Shown here in pieces: positions 37,698 through 49,604 of a stretch of 64,000 nucleotides of DNA (position 1 is its first letter; every line of letters starts with the position of its first letter). Source of the stretch: Isurus oxyrinchus (taxonomy: Eukaryota); the NCBI GenBank assembly GCA_026770705.1, contig JANJGN010000071.1, positions 1,488,001 through 1,552,000 of the forward strand, written 5' to 3'. The notes beneath the pieces are model-generated. The model had not been told where the DNA came from and searched no databases. It saw only the letters and a program-made list of their open reading frames with translations. The translations under genes were made by a program, and so were the position numbers.

Positions 37698-37790
37698 ATG
37701 GGAAGCTCCCAGATGAAATGGCGACTTGTCTTGTTCACTCTGACTTTGCTGCTCTCCCTGCAGCTGAGTCACTTCTTCTCCTTGTCGAGG
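37698..37790 (+). CDS. HAMP: Hepcidin-like gene exon 1 (signal peptide MGSSQMKWRLVLFTLTLLLSLQLSHFFSLSR)
   Basis: Strong Kozak context (gagATGG), hydrophobic signal peptide, 93 nt, phase-0 donor AGG|GTAAGC. Confidence 0.85.
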
Positions 37791-37989
37791 GTAAGCTAAG
37801 AGATGTCCCTCTGGGTGAGGTGTTTCTTGCACATGACTCTACGTCTACCACCCAGATAGACTGGTCTCTTCCGCAGTTTGATATTATTATGTTCGTGCCT
37901 TTAATATTGTCGCCCTCTATGAATTTAACATCATTTCCTTCTGTCGTTTCCCCTGAAATTCTCATTCTTGTTTTCAATCCCTCCTCAGC

Positions 37990-38850
37990 CACTCCCTATC
38001 TCTGTAACCTCCACCAGGCCTTACAACCCTCCCTATCTCTGTAACCTCCTCCAGCCCCTACACCCCTCCCTATCTCTGTAACCTCCTCCAGCCGCTACAA
38101 CCCTCCCTATATCTGTAACCTCCTCCAGCCCCTACAACAATCCCTATCTCTGTAACTTCCTCCAGCCCCTACAACTGTCCCTATCTCCGTAACCTCCTCC
38201 AGCCCCTACAACCCTCCCTATCTCTGAAACCTCCTCCAGCCCCTATAAACCTCCCTATCTCTGTAACCTCCTCCAGCCCCTACAACCCTACCTATCTCTG
38301 TAACCTCCCCCAGGCCCCACAACCCTCATGATCACTGTAACCTCCTCTAGACCCTACAACCCTCCCTATCTCTGTAACCTGCTCCAGACCCTACAACCCT
38401 CCCTATCTCTGTAACCTCCTCCAGGCCCTACAACCCTCCCTATCTCTGTAACCTCCTCCAGGCCCCACGACCCTCAGAATCACTGTAACCTCCTCCAGCC
38501 CCTACAATGCTCATGAACTCTATAACGTCCTCTCCACACTATAACTCTCCCTATCTCTGTAACCTACTATGGCCCCTACAACAGTATCTATTTTGGTAAC
38601 CTCCTCCAGCCTCTACAACCCTCCCTACCTCTGTAACCTCCTCCAGCCCCCACAACCCCCCCCATCTCTTTAACCTCCTACAGCCCCTACTCACCTCCCT
38701 ATCTCTGTAACCTCCTACAGCCCCTACAACCTTCCCTATCTCTGTCACCTCCTACAGCCTCTAGAACCCTCCCTATCTCTGTTACCTCCTACAGCCTCTA
38801 CAACCCTCCCTATCTCTGTAACCTCCTCCAGCCGGAACAACCCTACCTAA
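37990..38850. repeat. 37-bp minisatellite in hepcidin intron 1
   Basis: 37-nt period measured directly (38041 to 38078). Confidence 0.92.
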
Positions 38851-38859
38851 ATCTCTGGT

Positions 38860-39500
38860 CTGAGTCTCACTCCAGGGAATTCAGTCCCATAACGTCGGTC
38901 AACACTCCGTGCTGAGGGAGTGCTGGACTGTCAGAGGGTCAGTAGTGTGGAAGTGTTGCACTATTGGAGGGACAGTACTGAGTGAGTGCTATACTGTCGG
39001 AGGTCAGTACTGAGGAAGTGCTGCATTGTTACAGGGTCAGTACTGTGGAAGTGTTGCACTGTCGGAGGGTCAGTACTGAGGTAGCGCTGCACTGACGGAG
39101 GGACAATACTGTGGGAGTGCAGCACTATCGAAGGGTTAGTACTGAGGGAGTGCTGCAGTGTCAAAGGGTTAGTACTGAGGGAGCACAACAATGTTGAATG
39201 AGACATTAAACCGAGTCCCCCGTCTGCCCTCTCGGGCGGGTGTGAAAGATCCCACAGCCACTATTTGGAGGAAGAGCAGGGGGTGTTCTCCCCGGTGTCC
39301 TGGGACCAATATTTATCCCTCACCCAACATCACCAAAAGCAGATGATCTAGGCCATGATCACATTGCTATTTGTGGGATCTTGCTGTGCACAAATCAGCT
39401 GCCACATTTCCTACAGTGTGAGTGCACTTCAAAAACATCCTTCAGTGGCTGTGAAATGCTTTGGGATGTGGTGAAAGGCGTTAGAGAAATGCAAGTCTGT
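38860..39500 (+). mobile_element. DeuSINE (SacSINE1-like) with an internally amplified 30-bp unit
   Basis: The minisatellite runs directly into tgagacattaaaccgag...aaagatcccac...atttatccctca...gtgaaaggcg..agaaatgcaagt, the Deu-domain body and tail. Confidence 0.75.
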
Positions 39501-39597
39501 CCTCCTCCCCCTCTCTCTCCTGTACCTCTCTCTCTCTCTCTCCCTCTCCCTCAATCCTCCTCTCACTTTCTCCCTGATAAATTCTTTCTTTTTGCAG

Positions 39598-39654
39598 GTT
39601 GACACTGCTTTAGGTTCTTCGACGATTGAGAAATCTGTGGATTCCCCGGACACG
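39598..39654 (+). CDS. HAMP: Hepcidin-like gene exon 2 (pro-region VDTALGSSTIEKSVDSPDT)
   Basis: Long polypyrimidine tract plus ttgcAG acceptor, ACG|GTAGGT donor, 57 nt; only phase 0 is open. Confidence 0.8.
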
Positions 39655-40926
39655 GTAGGTGGAAATTCATTCCTTATTTTAAGGTTTCTCCCTGCTCGTT
39701 TCTTCCACAGAAAGTTTTCTGATTTCAAGCTGATTTCAGTGGCAGTCTGTCTCGGTTATACTCAGGAGGCATGTTTGAAATCGAGCCCCCCCACCCCTCA
39801 ATTTTTTTGCAAAGCTGGGAAGAGGCAATTCCAAGGAAGTGAACATATCCCCACAGGAATTTTAAATGTAACCCACGCCGGGAATAGTGAGAGGGAGACT
39901 GATCCAGCCTGGGAGTGGGTTAAAGAGAGGCTGGGAGTCGAGAGTCGGAGAGAGGGATGGAATGGGGGAGGGAGGGATTGGAAGAGAGAGACACAGAGTG
40001 GGACGGGGAGGGGTGAAAGGGAAAGAACATAGGTGGGAGAGAGTGACAGAGGGAGAAATTAAAGAGATGCAGAGTGAGGGAAAGTGAAAAGGGAAGAGAG
40101 ATTGTCCAAGAGAGAGAAATTACCAGGAAAGGGAGAGTTACAGAGCGAGCGAAAGTTACAAAAATAGTGTGAGAGAGAGGGAGAGATACAGAGTGGGAGA
40201 AGGAGACAGGGGAGAGAGAGGGAGAGAGACAGGAAAAGGGAGAGAGGAGAGAAAGATTGGGAGAGAGGGCAATTGAGCGGAAGAGTAGGAGAGAGAGAGA
40301 CAGGGAGAGGAGGAGTGGAAGAGAGGAAGAGAGAGAGAGATATGGAGCAGGAGAACACCTCCTCCGGTCCCGATGTTCCTCCAAAATCTCTGACATTATT
40401 GCATCTCCCAGGTCCCCCTGATTCCCATCGCTCCACCATTGGTGGCCGTGCCTTCAGCTGCCTGGGGCCCTGAGCTCCGGAATACCCTCCCTTAACCTCT
40501 CTGCCTCTCTCTCTCTCTCTCCTTTAAGACGCTCCTTAAAAACTGACATCTTTGACCAAGCTTTTGGTCACCTATCCCTAATATCTCCATATGTGACTCA
40601 GTGTTAGACTTCTCTCTGATTTACGTTCCGGTAATGTGGGCTGGGACATTTTGCAATGTCAGAGGTGCTGTGTAAATGCAAGTTGTGAGTGTTATGTGGA
40701 AGGGAGACCCCAGGCGGCAGTCAGTGCCAGAGACTGGAGTCATTGTGTGCAGACCGTATCTAATCTCTCCGAATGCACAATCGGTTTGACTGTCAGCCAA
40801 AGCATTTTTGATATTTGATCCTTCTACCTGTTTATAACCAGGCCTACATCAAACACCGAGAGGCTGGTTAATCAACAGACACCTTAGAGGATCGAGTGAA
40901 AGACAAAGAGGACTTGCATTTCTCTA

Positions 40927-41058
40927 TAAAAACAAAGAAAACTGCGGATGCTGGAAATCCAAAACAAAAACAGAATTACCTGAAAAAACTCAGCAGGTCT
41001 GGCAGCATCGGCGGAGAAGAAAAGAGTTGACGTTTCGAGTCCTCAGAAGGGTCATGAG
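40927..41058. mobile_element. Penelope-like terminal repeat fragment with a collapsed palindrome centre
   Basis: Same sequence as 5214-5315, followed by gaagggtcatgag. Confidence 0.65.
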
Positions 41059-41319
41059 CACCTTCCAACACATCAGGACATCCCAAACTGTTTCGCAGAC
41101 AATCAAGTGCTTTTTTTCTTTCATGTGAGGTCACTGATGTACTGTGGGAAAAGAATCAGCCATTGGCGCACAGTAAGATCCCACAGACAGCAGCATGATA
41201 ATGACCAGCGCGCTCCCAGTACTTGCACTGCAAGTGTCAGTTCAGGGTGTCTGCTCAATTCTCTGCAACTCTCAGCTCTGAGTTAAAAGGACCACCAGAC
41301 ATAATTGAGAAATTACTGA

Positions 41320-41930
41320 GCTGTCGGAGGGTCAGTACCAGCGGGGGGGCAGGACAGTCGGAGGGTCAGTACTGAGGGGGTGCTGCATTGTCAGACAGTC
41401 AGTCTTGGAGTGCTGCATTGTCAGAGGGTCAGTACCGGCGGGGGACTGCACAGTCGGAGGGTCAGTACTGAGGGGGTGCTGCATTGTCAGACGGTCAGTA
41501 CTGAGGGAGTGCTGCACAGTCGGAGGGTCAGTACTGAGGGGGTGCTGCACTGTTGAAGGCGCTGTCTTTCAGATGAGATGTTAAACTGAGACAACATCTG
41601 CCCTCTCAGATGGATGTAGAGGATTCCATGGCCACAATTTAAATGAAGTGCGTCAGGAGTTGGGGGTATGTGTGGAGGGGGTGGTGGGGGGTGGATGGGA
41701 TGCAGTTATGTCTGCTTTCCTGGGGCAAACATTTATCCCTCAACTGACATTGGTAATAAACTGAAAATCGGGGCCATTATCACATTTCTGTTTGTGGGAT
41801 CTTGCTGTGCGTGAATTGCCTGCTGCGTTTCCTACATTACAGCGGTGAGCTCACTTCAGAAAAAGTCCTTCCTTCAGCTGTGGAACACTTTGGGCCATCC
41901 TGAGGAGGGGAAAGGCGCTATAGAAATGCG
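41320..41930 (+). mobile_element. DeuSINE with amplified 30-bp unit (hepcidin intron 2)
   Basis: Array followed by gctgtctttcagatgagatgttaaac... and the tail aaaggcgctatagaaatgc. Confidence 0.75.
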
Positions 41931-42018
41931 CCATCCTCCTTCCAATGACGCGCCTGATTGAAATGATGCCTTCTTTCTTTCCGGAATGTTCTCACCTATT
42001 GTCCTCCTGCTTTTCCAG

Positions 42019-42135
42019 GGCTCCTTGCTGCAGCGCCAGAAGAGAATGGGCAGACAGCAGCTCTGCAGATTCTGCTGTAACTGCTGTAATTGGAGAGAAC
42101 CAAATGAGACTTGTGGTCTCTGCTGTAGATATTAG
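42019..42135 (+). CDS. HAMP: Hepcidin-like gene exon 3: GSLLQRQKR / MGRQQLCRFCCNCCNWREPNETCGLCCRY*
   Basis: cttttccAG acceptor, phase 0; RxKR furin site; hepcidin 8-Cys signature C-x2-CC-x-CC-xn-CG-x-CC; TAG at 42133-42135. Confidence 0.93.
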   Translation, partial: GSLLQRQKRMGRQQLCRFCCNCCNWREPNETCGLCCRY

Positions 42136-42982
42136 ACCCTGGCCTCATTCACGCAAGGTCATCCTGCACCATGCCACAGCCTCTCCCCTCCTTATCTACT
42201 GCTTAGCAATCTATTTCACACAGGCCCTGTTCATTAATTCCAACTGAAACTTTACCTGCGTTCTACAGCAGGGAAAGAAGCCATTCGGCCCATCTGTTCC
42301 ATGCTGGAGTTTCTGCTCCACACGAGTCTCCGCCCACCCCTTCTCCATCTCACCCCATCACCATATCCTTCTATTCATTTCTCCCTCATGTGTTTATCCA
42401 GCTTCCCCTTAAATACATCGACTCTATTCACCTCACGTGACTGTGTTTGTGTCTGTCTTTATGAGCGTGTGTGTGTGTGTGTGTGTGTGACTGTCAATAT
42501 GTGTGTGTCAATGTGAATGTGTGTGATTGTGTCAGCGTGTGTGTGTGTATGTGTGACTGTCAGTGCGTGTCAATGTGAATGTGTGTGATTGTGTCAGCGT
42601 GTGTGTGTGTGTGTGCGTGTGTGTGTGTGTGTAACTGTGTCAGTGTGTGTCAATGTGAATGAGTGAGTGTGTCAGTGTGTCTGTGTGGGTGTGTGTGACT
42701 GTGTCAGTGTGTGTCAATGTGAATGAGTGAGTGTGTCAGTGTGTCTGTGTGGGTGTGGGTGTGTGAGTGTGCAAGTGAATGTGTGAGGAATCTTATGACT
42801 AAGTCATTTGAATGGATGTTACTGGGGTTAATGATAGTTAAAATTCAGAGTGATGTAAAGCGGGCTCCTGATTTTGCTGCTTTATGCTCCCAGGCACAGA
42901 TTGACCCCGACAATGTGTTCATGATTCACCATCATCTTGTCGGGACTTTAATTGTAAAGATTATGATTTGTGAAAAAAAATG

Positions 42983-42988
42983 AATAAA
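42983..42988 (+). promoter_or_regulatory. Candidate polyadenylation signal of the hepcidin-like gene
   Basis: First AATAAA I found after the stop codon; followed by a T-rich stretch. Confidence 0.4.
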
Positions 42989-44629
42989 CAACTTTTGTCT
43001 TCACAAAGTGTCTGGCTTGGTATTTCAGGCTACTTGTCTCCCCGTCACCCTCCCCCCCAACCATGCCCCCCACACCAGGGAACAATTGTCCCCCCTTCCT
43101 CTGAAGTTCTGGGTAAAGATCAGCTTTGTTCAATGCAAGCTGTTCCGACATCGAGAACGTTGTTACAAATATCTCACAAAGGGCACACGCCATGATAGCC
43201 CACTTTCAACAGATTTTACCAGTTGACCAGGTTGAAAACCTTTTCATAAACCACAACATAGGTGTTCAATTCTTGCTGCTGTTTGCTTAATGTTCTCATA
43301 ACTGCTATAACCTCTCTAGTTCCACTACATAACAACACAAACATAAATAAACAGAAGCAGGAGTAGGCCTTTTGGCCTCCCAAGCCATCTTGTCCATTCA
43401 ATTTGAACCTGGCTCCTGCTGAAAGTTATTTAAGTTGAAGCGATAAAGCCATCAGGTGCAGGGATTAAAATGTAAGCAAAGGAAAAATAATACTTAGACA
43501 TGAGATTTAAAATCAGTTTCTGTGAAGAATCATACTGAGGCCATTGCACTGGATTCCTTCTTTCCAGAGTGAAGGGTTTAAAACTAGGAGTCACATTCAG
43601 CAGCTGCGTTGTCTTCTCTAGTTGACTATTTGGAGGTTGCCTGTTGATGTGAATCAGCAGGTCAGCAGCTTTGGGGAGTGAGTGAAGGTCCCTTTTATTT
43701 ACAGGATCTGCCACAGGATGTGCAGGAATATTCCTGCTGAATTCTCCATCCTTGCATTCATGAAGGGTTTGAAACTGGAAGTCATATTCAGCAGCTGCAA
43801 TGGCCTCTGTAGCCAACTGTCTGGAGGTTGCCTGTACAGGTGGACTCAGCAGGTCAACAGCTTTGTAGGGCGGGGGGGTGCACGGGTAGTAAAGGTTCCT
43901 TTACTTTAAAGGCTCTGCCAGTGCAACACTTGATGATCCTGGGTCAAAATCATGTAACTCCCTCCCCAACAGCACTGTGGATGTGCCCTATGGAGGTTCC
44001 TTGGCTTCGACAAGCAGCCGACCAGCTCTGCTCTCAATTCCTCTTCACACTTGCTTCCTTCCTCCTCTGGTCTTTACTTTGTTATAGTGTTAGTGTCCGC
44101 TCTGCCTTTTTTGTTGCTTTCCCAATTCTTCCCACCAACTCTCTCTGGCTTGATCCTTCTCTGTGCTCATCTCATTGGTTTGGGTTTCTATCCGTTCATT
44201 GACCTGGTGTAATCTGAAACTGGTGCAATCAGGTAGGGGTGGGGGGGTTGGCGCTGGCCGTGGGTGGTGATACACGGCTACCTTTTTACCAAAATTCTTT
44301 CACGGGATGTGGACAGCGTTTGTTACCTGTTCCTGACTGACCCCTTGAGAAGGGGGTGCTGAGCTGCCTTTTCGAAGTGCTGCAGTTCACCTGGTTTGAC
44401 TGGTCTGTGGCGGGTTTTGATATAACTCAGTGGCTTGCTCGGCCATTTCAGGGGCCAGTTAAGAGTCAACCACATTGCTGTGGGTCAGGAGTCACACGTA
44501 GGCCAGAATGGGTAAGGACGGCAGGTTTCCTTCCCCAAAGGGCATTAGTGACCCAGATGGGTTTTTGCAACAATTGGCCTTAGTTTCATGGTCACCATTA
44601 CTGAGACTAGCTTCGCATTCCAGATGTCA

Positions 44630-45705
44630 CATCCAGTCGTGGACAATCAAACAACTCACTGGAGGAGGAGTCTCCACAAATATCCCCATCCTCAATGATG
44701 GAGGAGCCCAGCACGCCAGTGCAAAAGACAAGACTGAAGCATGCGCAACAATCTTCAGCCAGAAGTGCTGAGTGGGTGATCCATCTCGGCCTCCTCCGGA
44801 GGTCCCCAGCATCAGAGATGCCAATCTTTAGCCAATTCGATTAATTCCACGTGATATCAAGAAAGGGCTGAAGGCACTGGATATTGTAAATGCTCCAGGC
44901 CCTGAAAATATTCTGGCAATAGTACTGAAGACTTGTGCTCCAGAACTTGCTGCGCCCCTAGCCAAGATTTTCTGGAATTTTCTAGTACAGCTGCAACACT
45001 GGCAACTACCCGGCTATGGGGTACGTCCTGTACACAAAAAGCAGGACAAATCCAACCCAGCCAATTCCCCAGCAGTCTATTCTTGATCATTACTAAAGTG
45101 ATGGAAGGGGTCATCAACAGCGCTTGCAAGCAGCACCTGCTTAGCAAGAACCTGCTCACTGACGCTCAGTTTGTGTTCCACCAGGATCATTCAGCTCCTG
45201 GCCTCATTACAGCCTTGGTTCAAACATGCACAAATGAGCTGAACTCCAGACGTGAGAGTGACTGTCCTTGACATCAAGGCAGCATTTGACTGAGTGTGGC
45301 AAATCAAGGAGCCCGAGCAAAACTGGAGTCAATGGGAATCGGGGGAAAACTCTCCGCTGCTTGGAGTCATACCCAGCACAAAGGACGATGGTTGTGATTA
45401 TTGGGGGTCAATCATCTCAGTTCCAGGACATCACTGCAGGAGTTGCTCAGGGTAGTGTCCTAGGCTCAAACATCTTCAACTGCTTCATCAATGTCCTTCC
45501 TTCCATCATAAGGTCAGAAGTGGGGATGTTTGCTGATGTTTGCACAATGTTCAGCATCATTCACGGCTCCTCAGATACTGAAGCAAGTTATGTCCAAATG
45601 CAGCAAGACCTGGACAACATCCAGGCTTGGGCTGACAGGTGATAAGTAACATTCATGCCACACAAGTGCCAGGCAATGACCAGCTCCAACAAGAGAGAAT
45701 CTCAC
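44630..45705 (+). mobile_element. LINE RT fragment, degenerate
   Basis: KVMEGVIN, DAQFVFHQDHSAP, GVAQGSVLG, MFADVCT motifs. Confidence 0.85.
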
Positions 45706-46199
45706 TGAAGGTGCAGAAAATTTGGATTTATTTTAAAGAGCCAGCCAGGACCAGCAGCTAGGGTGACAAAGCGTACACAGACAATCACATCCTTACGTGA
45801 AAGCTAAAAACCTGTACAAAGGGCTCAGCTGTAAATTTGCAATGAGGAAATGGGAGACACACACACAAGGACACAGGGTGACTCAATCAAGAAATGGGGA
45901 AGGTTATTTCACGCCGTCCGATGGCCTTGAACCACATCCAGTCAGCCTCCGGAAACCTTTTGTATTGAACAAACATAGATTCTTTGCTGTCTCAAAAGGA
46001 AAATAGCCAGTCTCTGCCCTGTAATTACTGTACAAGAACACAATTATCAGCCCACCGGAGGGTCATTGTGCTGTGGCCTTTGTCTAACTAATACCATTAC
46101 CTTGTAACTGAGAGTAAAAATATATAAACTGTGCTCATTTGAACCTCGGTGGAGAAGCACCTGGACTGCCCAGGAATGGCGGCTAAATGAGCTGCTGAC

Positions 46200-47120
46200 A
46201 CAAAGATAGGTTGGAAAGTAAATTGTGAAGAGGATGTAGGGTGGTTAGAAAGTGACATCGATAGGTTAAGTGAGTGGGTAAAGATCTGACAAATGGAGAA
46301 TAATGTGGGCGCATGTGAAATTGTTCATTTTGTCAGAAAGAACAAGAAGGAAGATTATTATCTAAAAGGTGAGCGATTGCAGAGCTCTGAGATGCAGAGG
46401 GATCTGGGTGTCCTCGTGCATGAATCACAAAAGGCTGGTTTGCAGATACAGCAGGTCATGAGGAAAGCTAATGGGATGTTATAATTTACTGTGGGGGAAT
46501 TGAATAGAAAAGTTGGGAGGTTACGTTCAGTTGTACAGGGCACTGGTGAGACCACATCTGGAGTACTCTGTACAGTAAGGTCACCTTACTTAAAGAAAGA
46601 TGTAAATGCATTAGAAGCAGTTCAGAGAAGGTTTACTAGACTAATACCAGGAATGGGTGGTTTGTCTTATGAGGTCAGGTTGGACAGGTTAGGCTTGTAT
46701 CCACTGGAGTTTAGAAGAGTAAGAGGCAACTTAATTAAAACCTTTAAGATCCAGGTGAGTCTTGACAGGGTGGATATGGAGAGGATGTTCCCTCTTGTGT
46801 GAGAATCTAGAATTAGGCGGTCATGGTTTAAAAATAAGGGGTCGCTCATTTAAGATAGAGATGAGGCGAAATGTTTTCTCTCAGAGGGTAGTAAGTCTTT
46901 GGAACACTCTGCCTCAAAAGGCAGTGGAAACAGGGTCTTTGAATATTTTTAAGGCAGAGCTAGATAGATTCTTGATTAACAAGGGGGTGAAAGGTCATTG
47001 GGGGTAGAAGTTGGAATGTGAGGTTGAGGTGACAATCAGATCAGCCATGATCTTACTGAATGGCGGAGCAGGTTCGAGGGGCTGAGTGACCTACTCCTGA
47101 TCCTAACTCAGATATCCATA
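46200..47120 (+). mobile_element. CR1-like LINE 3' fragment
   Basis: QRDLGVLVHESQK, LEAVQRRFTRLIPGM, RRNVFSQRVVSLWN motifs and 3' tail. Confidence 0.9.
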
Positions 47121-48356
47121 TGTTCTCAAAGGCAATTGGGGATGGGCAACAAATACTGGCCTAGCCAGTGACACCAACATCCCTGAAATGAATAAGAAAA
47201 AAATGTATCAATCAATTAAATTTATTGATTAATCGAATCGAAATTCCTCCAGCTGCCGTGGTGGGATTTGAACCCGTGCCTTCAAAGCATTCACCTGGGC
47301 CTCTGGATCACTGGCCTAGTGCCATTCCCATTGTGCGACTGTCTGCTATCATCATGGCTCTTTCACATCGATGTGGAAGTCCTGATAACAGAAGCATTGG
47401 ACGAGGTACAGAAAGGTGACAAATCAGGAGCTCCATTGCTCAATATGAACGGATAATAAAGATAAATGAACATAAACCTTCCAGTCGCTAATTAGGGAGT
47501 CACTGTGGAGCCCATGAGTCCCTCGCAGCGCTATTGCAACCTTCTGGATCCCCAGTAGGGGACTCGGGGTGCAGCTGTGTCTTCCTCATCATTTGGAAAA
47601 GCCGGAATTGTTCGGGTGCCCCTTCAAACAGGCCTACGAGTGCAGTGGGTGATGTCTCCCACAGGCCCTGGGAGACCTCCCCTGCCAATTTGTTTTGTAG
47701 CTTATTCTTCAACTGCGACATTGGATCAGCTTGAAAAAGGGTGGGGCTGAGGCAATACCACCAGGTAAGCGTCTATCCCCTCACACGTCACCCCCCCCCA
47801 CCCCCGTAACCATCACAGTCCCTCCCATCGTGCTGGAGGAGCATAATGTGCACATTCCCCTCCTTCCAATCAGTCTCCTCCCTTCCTCTCTAATCCTTGA
47901 TCTTACTGTGTTCGGGGTTGACATCCCAGTCCTCCTCCCTAGACTGTTTGATGTTGACATCCCAATGCCCCATGTAGACCTGACCTCTCTCCAACTAGAG
48001 GCCCATTGTACTGTGACTTACAGAGACCACCGGCCCCCCTCGATTCCCACCCCCACCCCTACCCTCTATATTACCTGCTCCCCACTGACAGGCTGTAGAT
48101 GCCTCCCCTGACTGGGATTGTGCCACCTGCGGCCTAGTATCAAGCCACCCACCCCCAGGACCGACGTGTGTGAGGGACTGACCACGTCCTGCACACCATG
48201 CTGGGCACCACCAACCCAGGACTGCCAGGCTCTCCCCACCACACTGGACTGGGACTAGAATAGGCATGCCAAGCACAGCTCTCTAAATCGTGGCGCAGAC
48301 CCACAGCAGTCGCAATGTTTTGTGGCCCGAATCCTTGCTGAGGAACTGCCCAGCAC

Positions 48357-48452
48357 TAAAAGCAAAAAAATTGCAGATGCTGGAAATCCAAAACAGAAAC
48401 AGAAACAGAAATACCTGGAAAAACTCAGCAGGTCTGGCAGCATCGGCGGAGA
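48357..48452. mobile_element. Penelope-like terminal repeat fragment
   Basis: gatgctggaaatccaaaac...ctcagcaggtctggcagcatcggcggagaag. Confidence 0.6.
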
Positions 48453-48903
48453 AGTACTGAGGTAGTGTGGCACTGTCGGAGGTTCAGTACTGAGGGAGTG
48501 CTGCACTGTCGGAGGGTCTGAGCTGAGGGAGTGCTGCACTGTCGGAGGCTCTGAGCTGAGGGAGTGCTGCACTGTTGGAGGGTTTGAACTGAGGGAGAGC
48601 TGCACTGTCGGAGGGTTTGTACTGAGGGAGTGCTGCACTGTCGGATGGTTTGAACTGAGAGAGTGCTGCACTGTCGGAGGTTCTGAACTGAGGGAGTGCT
48701 GCACTGTCTGAGGGTTTGAACTGAGGGAGTGCTGCACAGTCGGAGGGTCTGAACTGAGGGAGTGCTGCACTGTCGGAGGGTTTGAACTGAGGGAGTGCTG
48801 CATTGTCGGAGGGTCTGATCTGAAGGAGTGCTGCACTGTAGGAGGGTCTGAACTGAGGGAGTGCTGCGCTGTTGGAGGGTCAGTACTGAGGGAGTGCTGC
48901 GCT
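48453..48903. repeat. 30-bp DeuSINE-derived minisatellite
   Basis: Directly visible. Confidence 0.92.
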
Positions 48904-49271
48904 GTCTAAAGAACATTGTACAAGTTTCACAAAATTGCATCTGATGCCTGTGTCTCATGCTAACATGAAGTTCATGCACACAACAGGAATATTTCTCGCT
49001 GTTTCTCTGCAGCAAGACAGCTTTGATATCACACCAGCCACTGGCAAGAGTGTGCAGCTACAATGTGACATGTTTACATTGGAAATTTCTATTATAAAGA
49101 TGGACAGAGGAATTCATCTGATTGGAAAACGTGACAACATGAAGTAATGTCTTTGAGCCAAGAATTTTGCAGCAAAATAAGAATTTTAATCTCTAAATAT
49201 CTACAGAACAGGCTGAGCATTTTAATCACTTGAGTTAATCAATGTAATTTTATTCATAAGCCAAATGCTTC

Positions 49272-49594
49272 TTACAATCTATCGCAGCATGAAAAAGGTG
49301 CAGCATTCAGAAAGCACATTCCAATCAGAGAACAGAGTTTAGCAACGTCACATTTCTGTTCATTCCTATTCGACCATGTTGGCTGCACACAGCCAGACAA
49401 TGCCGTGGTTATGATGTGTCCACACAGCAGGACTGGGGAGCACCAGGTATAAGGAAAAGTTTCAGCTTGCTGAGGAGAAGAAGGAGAATCTCTCGTTCCA
49501 GGTTTCTCTCCGTACATTAAGAAGCAGGCATGCCGATGTTTCATTGCACTCTGTCTGCTGATGGGAGTCCGCTTGGAAATTGCTGTTTGTGCTG
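49272..49594 (-). CDS. Candidate terminal cytoplasmic exon (no ITIM) of the activating-type receptor fragment
   Basis: ttattctttccAG acceptor on the minus strand below the TM exon; downstream sequence is homologous to the 3' UTRs of the ITIM exons. Frame is uncertain (phase 1 gives about 107 aa; phase 0 gives QHKQQFPSGLPSADRVQ*). Confidence 0.35.
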
Positions 49595-49604
49595 CTGGAA
49601 AGAA

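Noticed and set aside
37718-38044. 108-aa ORF MATCLVHS...
   Set aside because: Out-of-frame overlap with hepcidin exon 1 running into intron and minisatellite.
41945-42247. 100-aa ORF overlapping hepcidin exon 3
   Set aside because: Wrong frame; the meaningful frame starts at the splice acceptor 42019.
45706-46190. Possible ERV LTR (TG start, TATATAAA at about 46121)
   Set aside because: No clear CA end, target-site duplication or second copy in the window.
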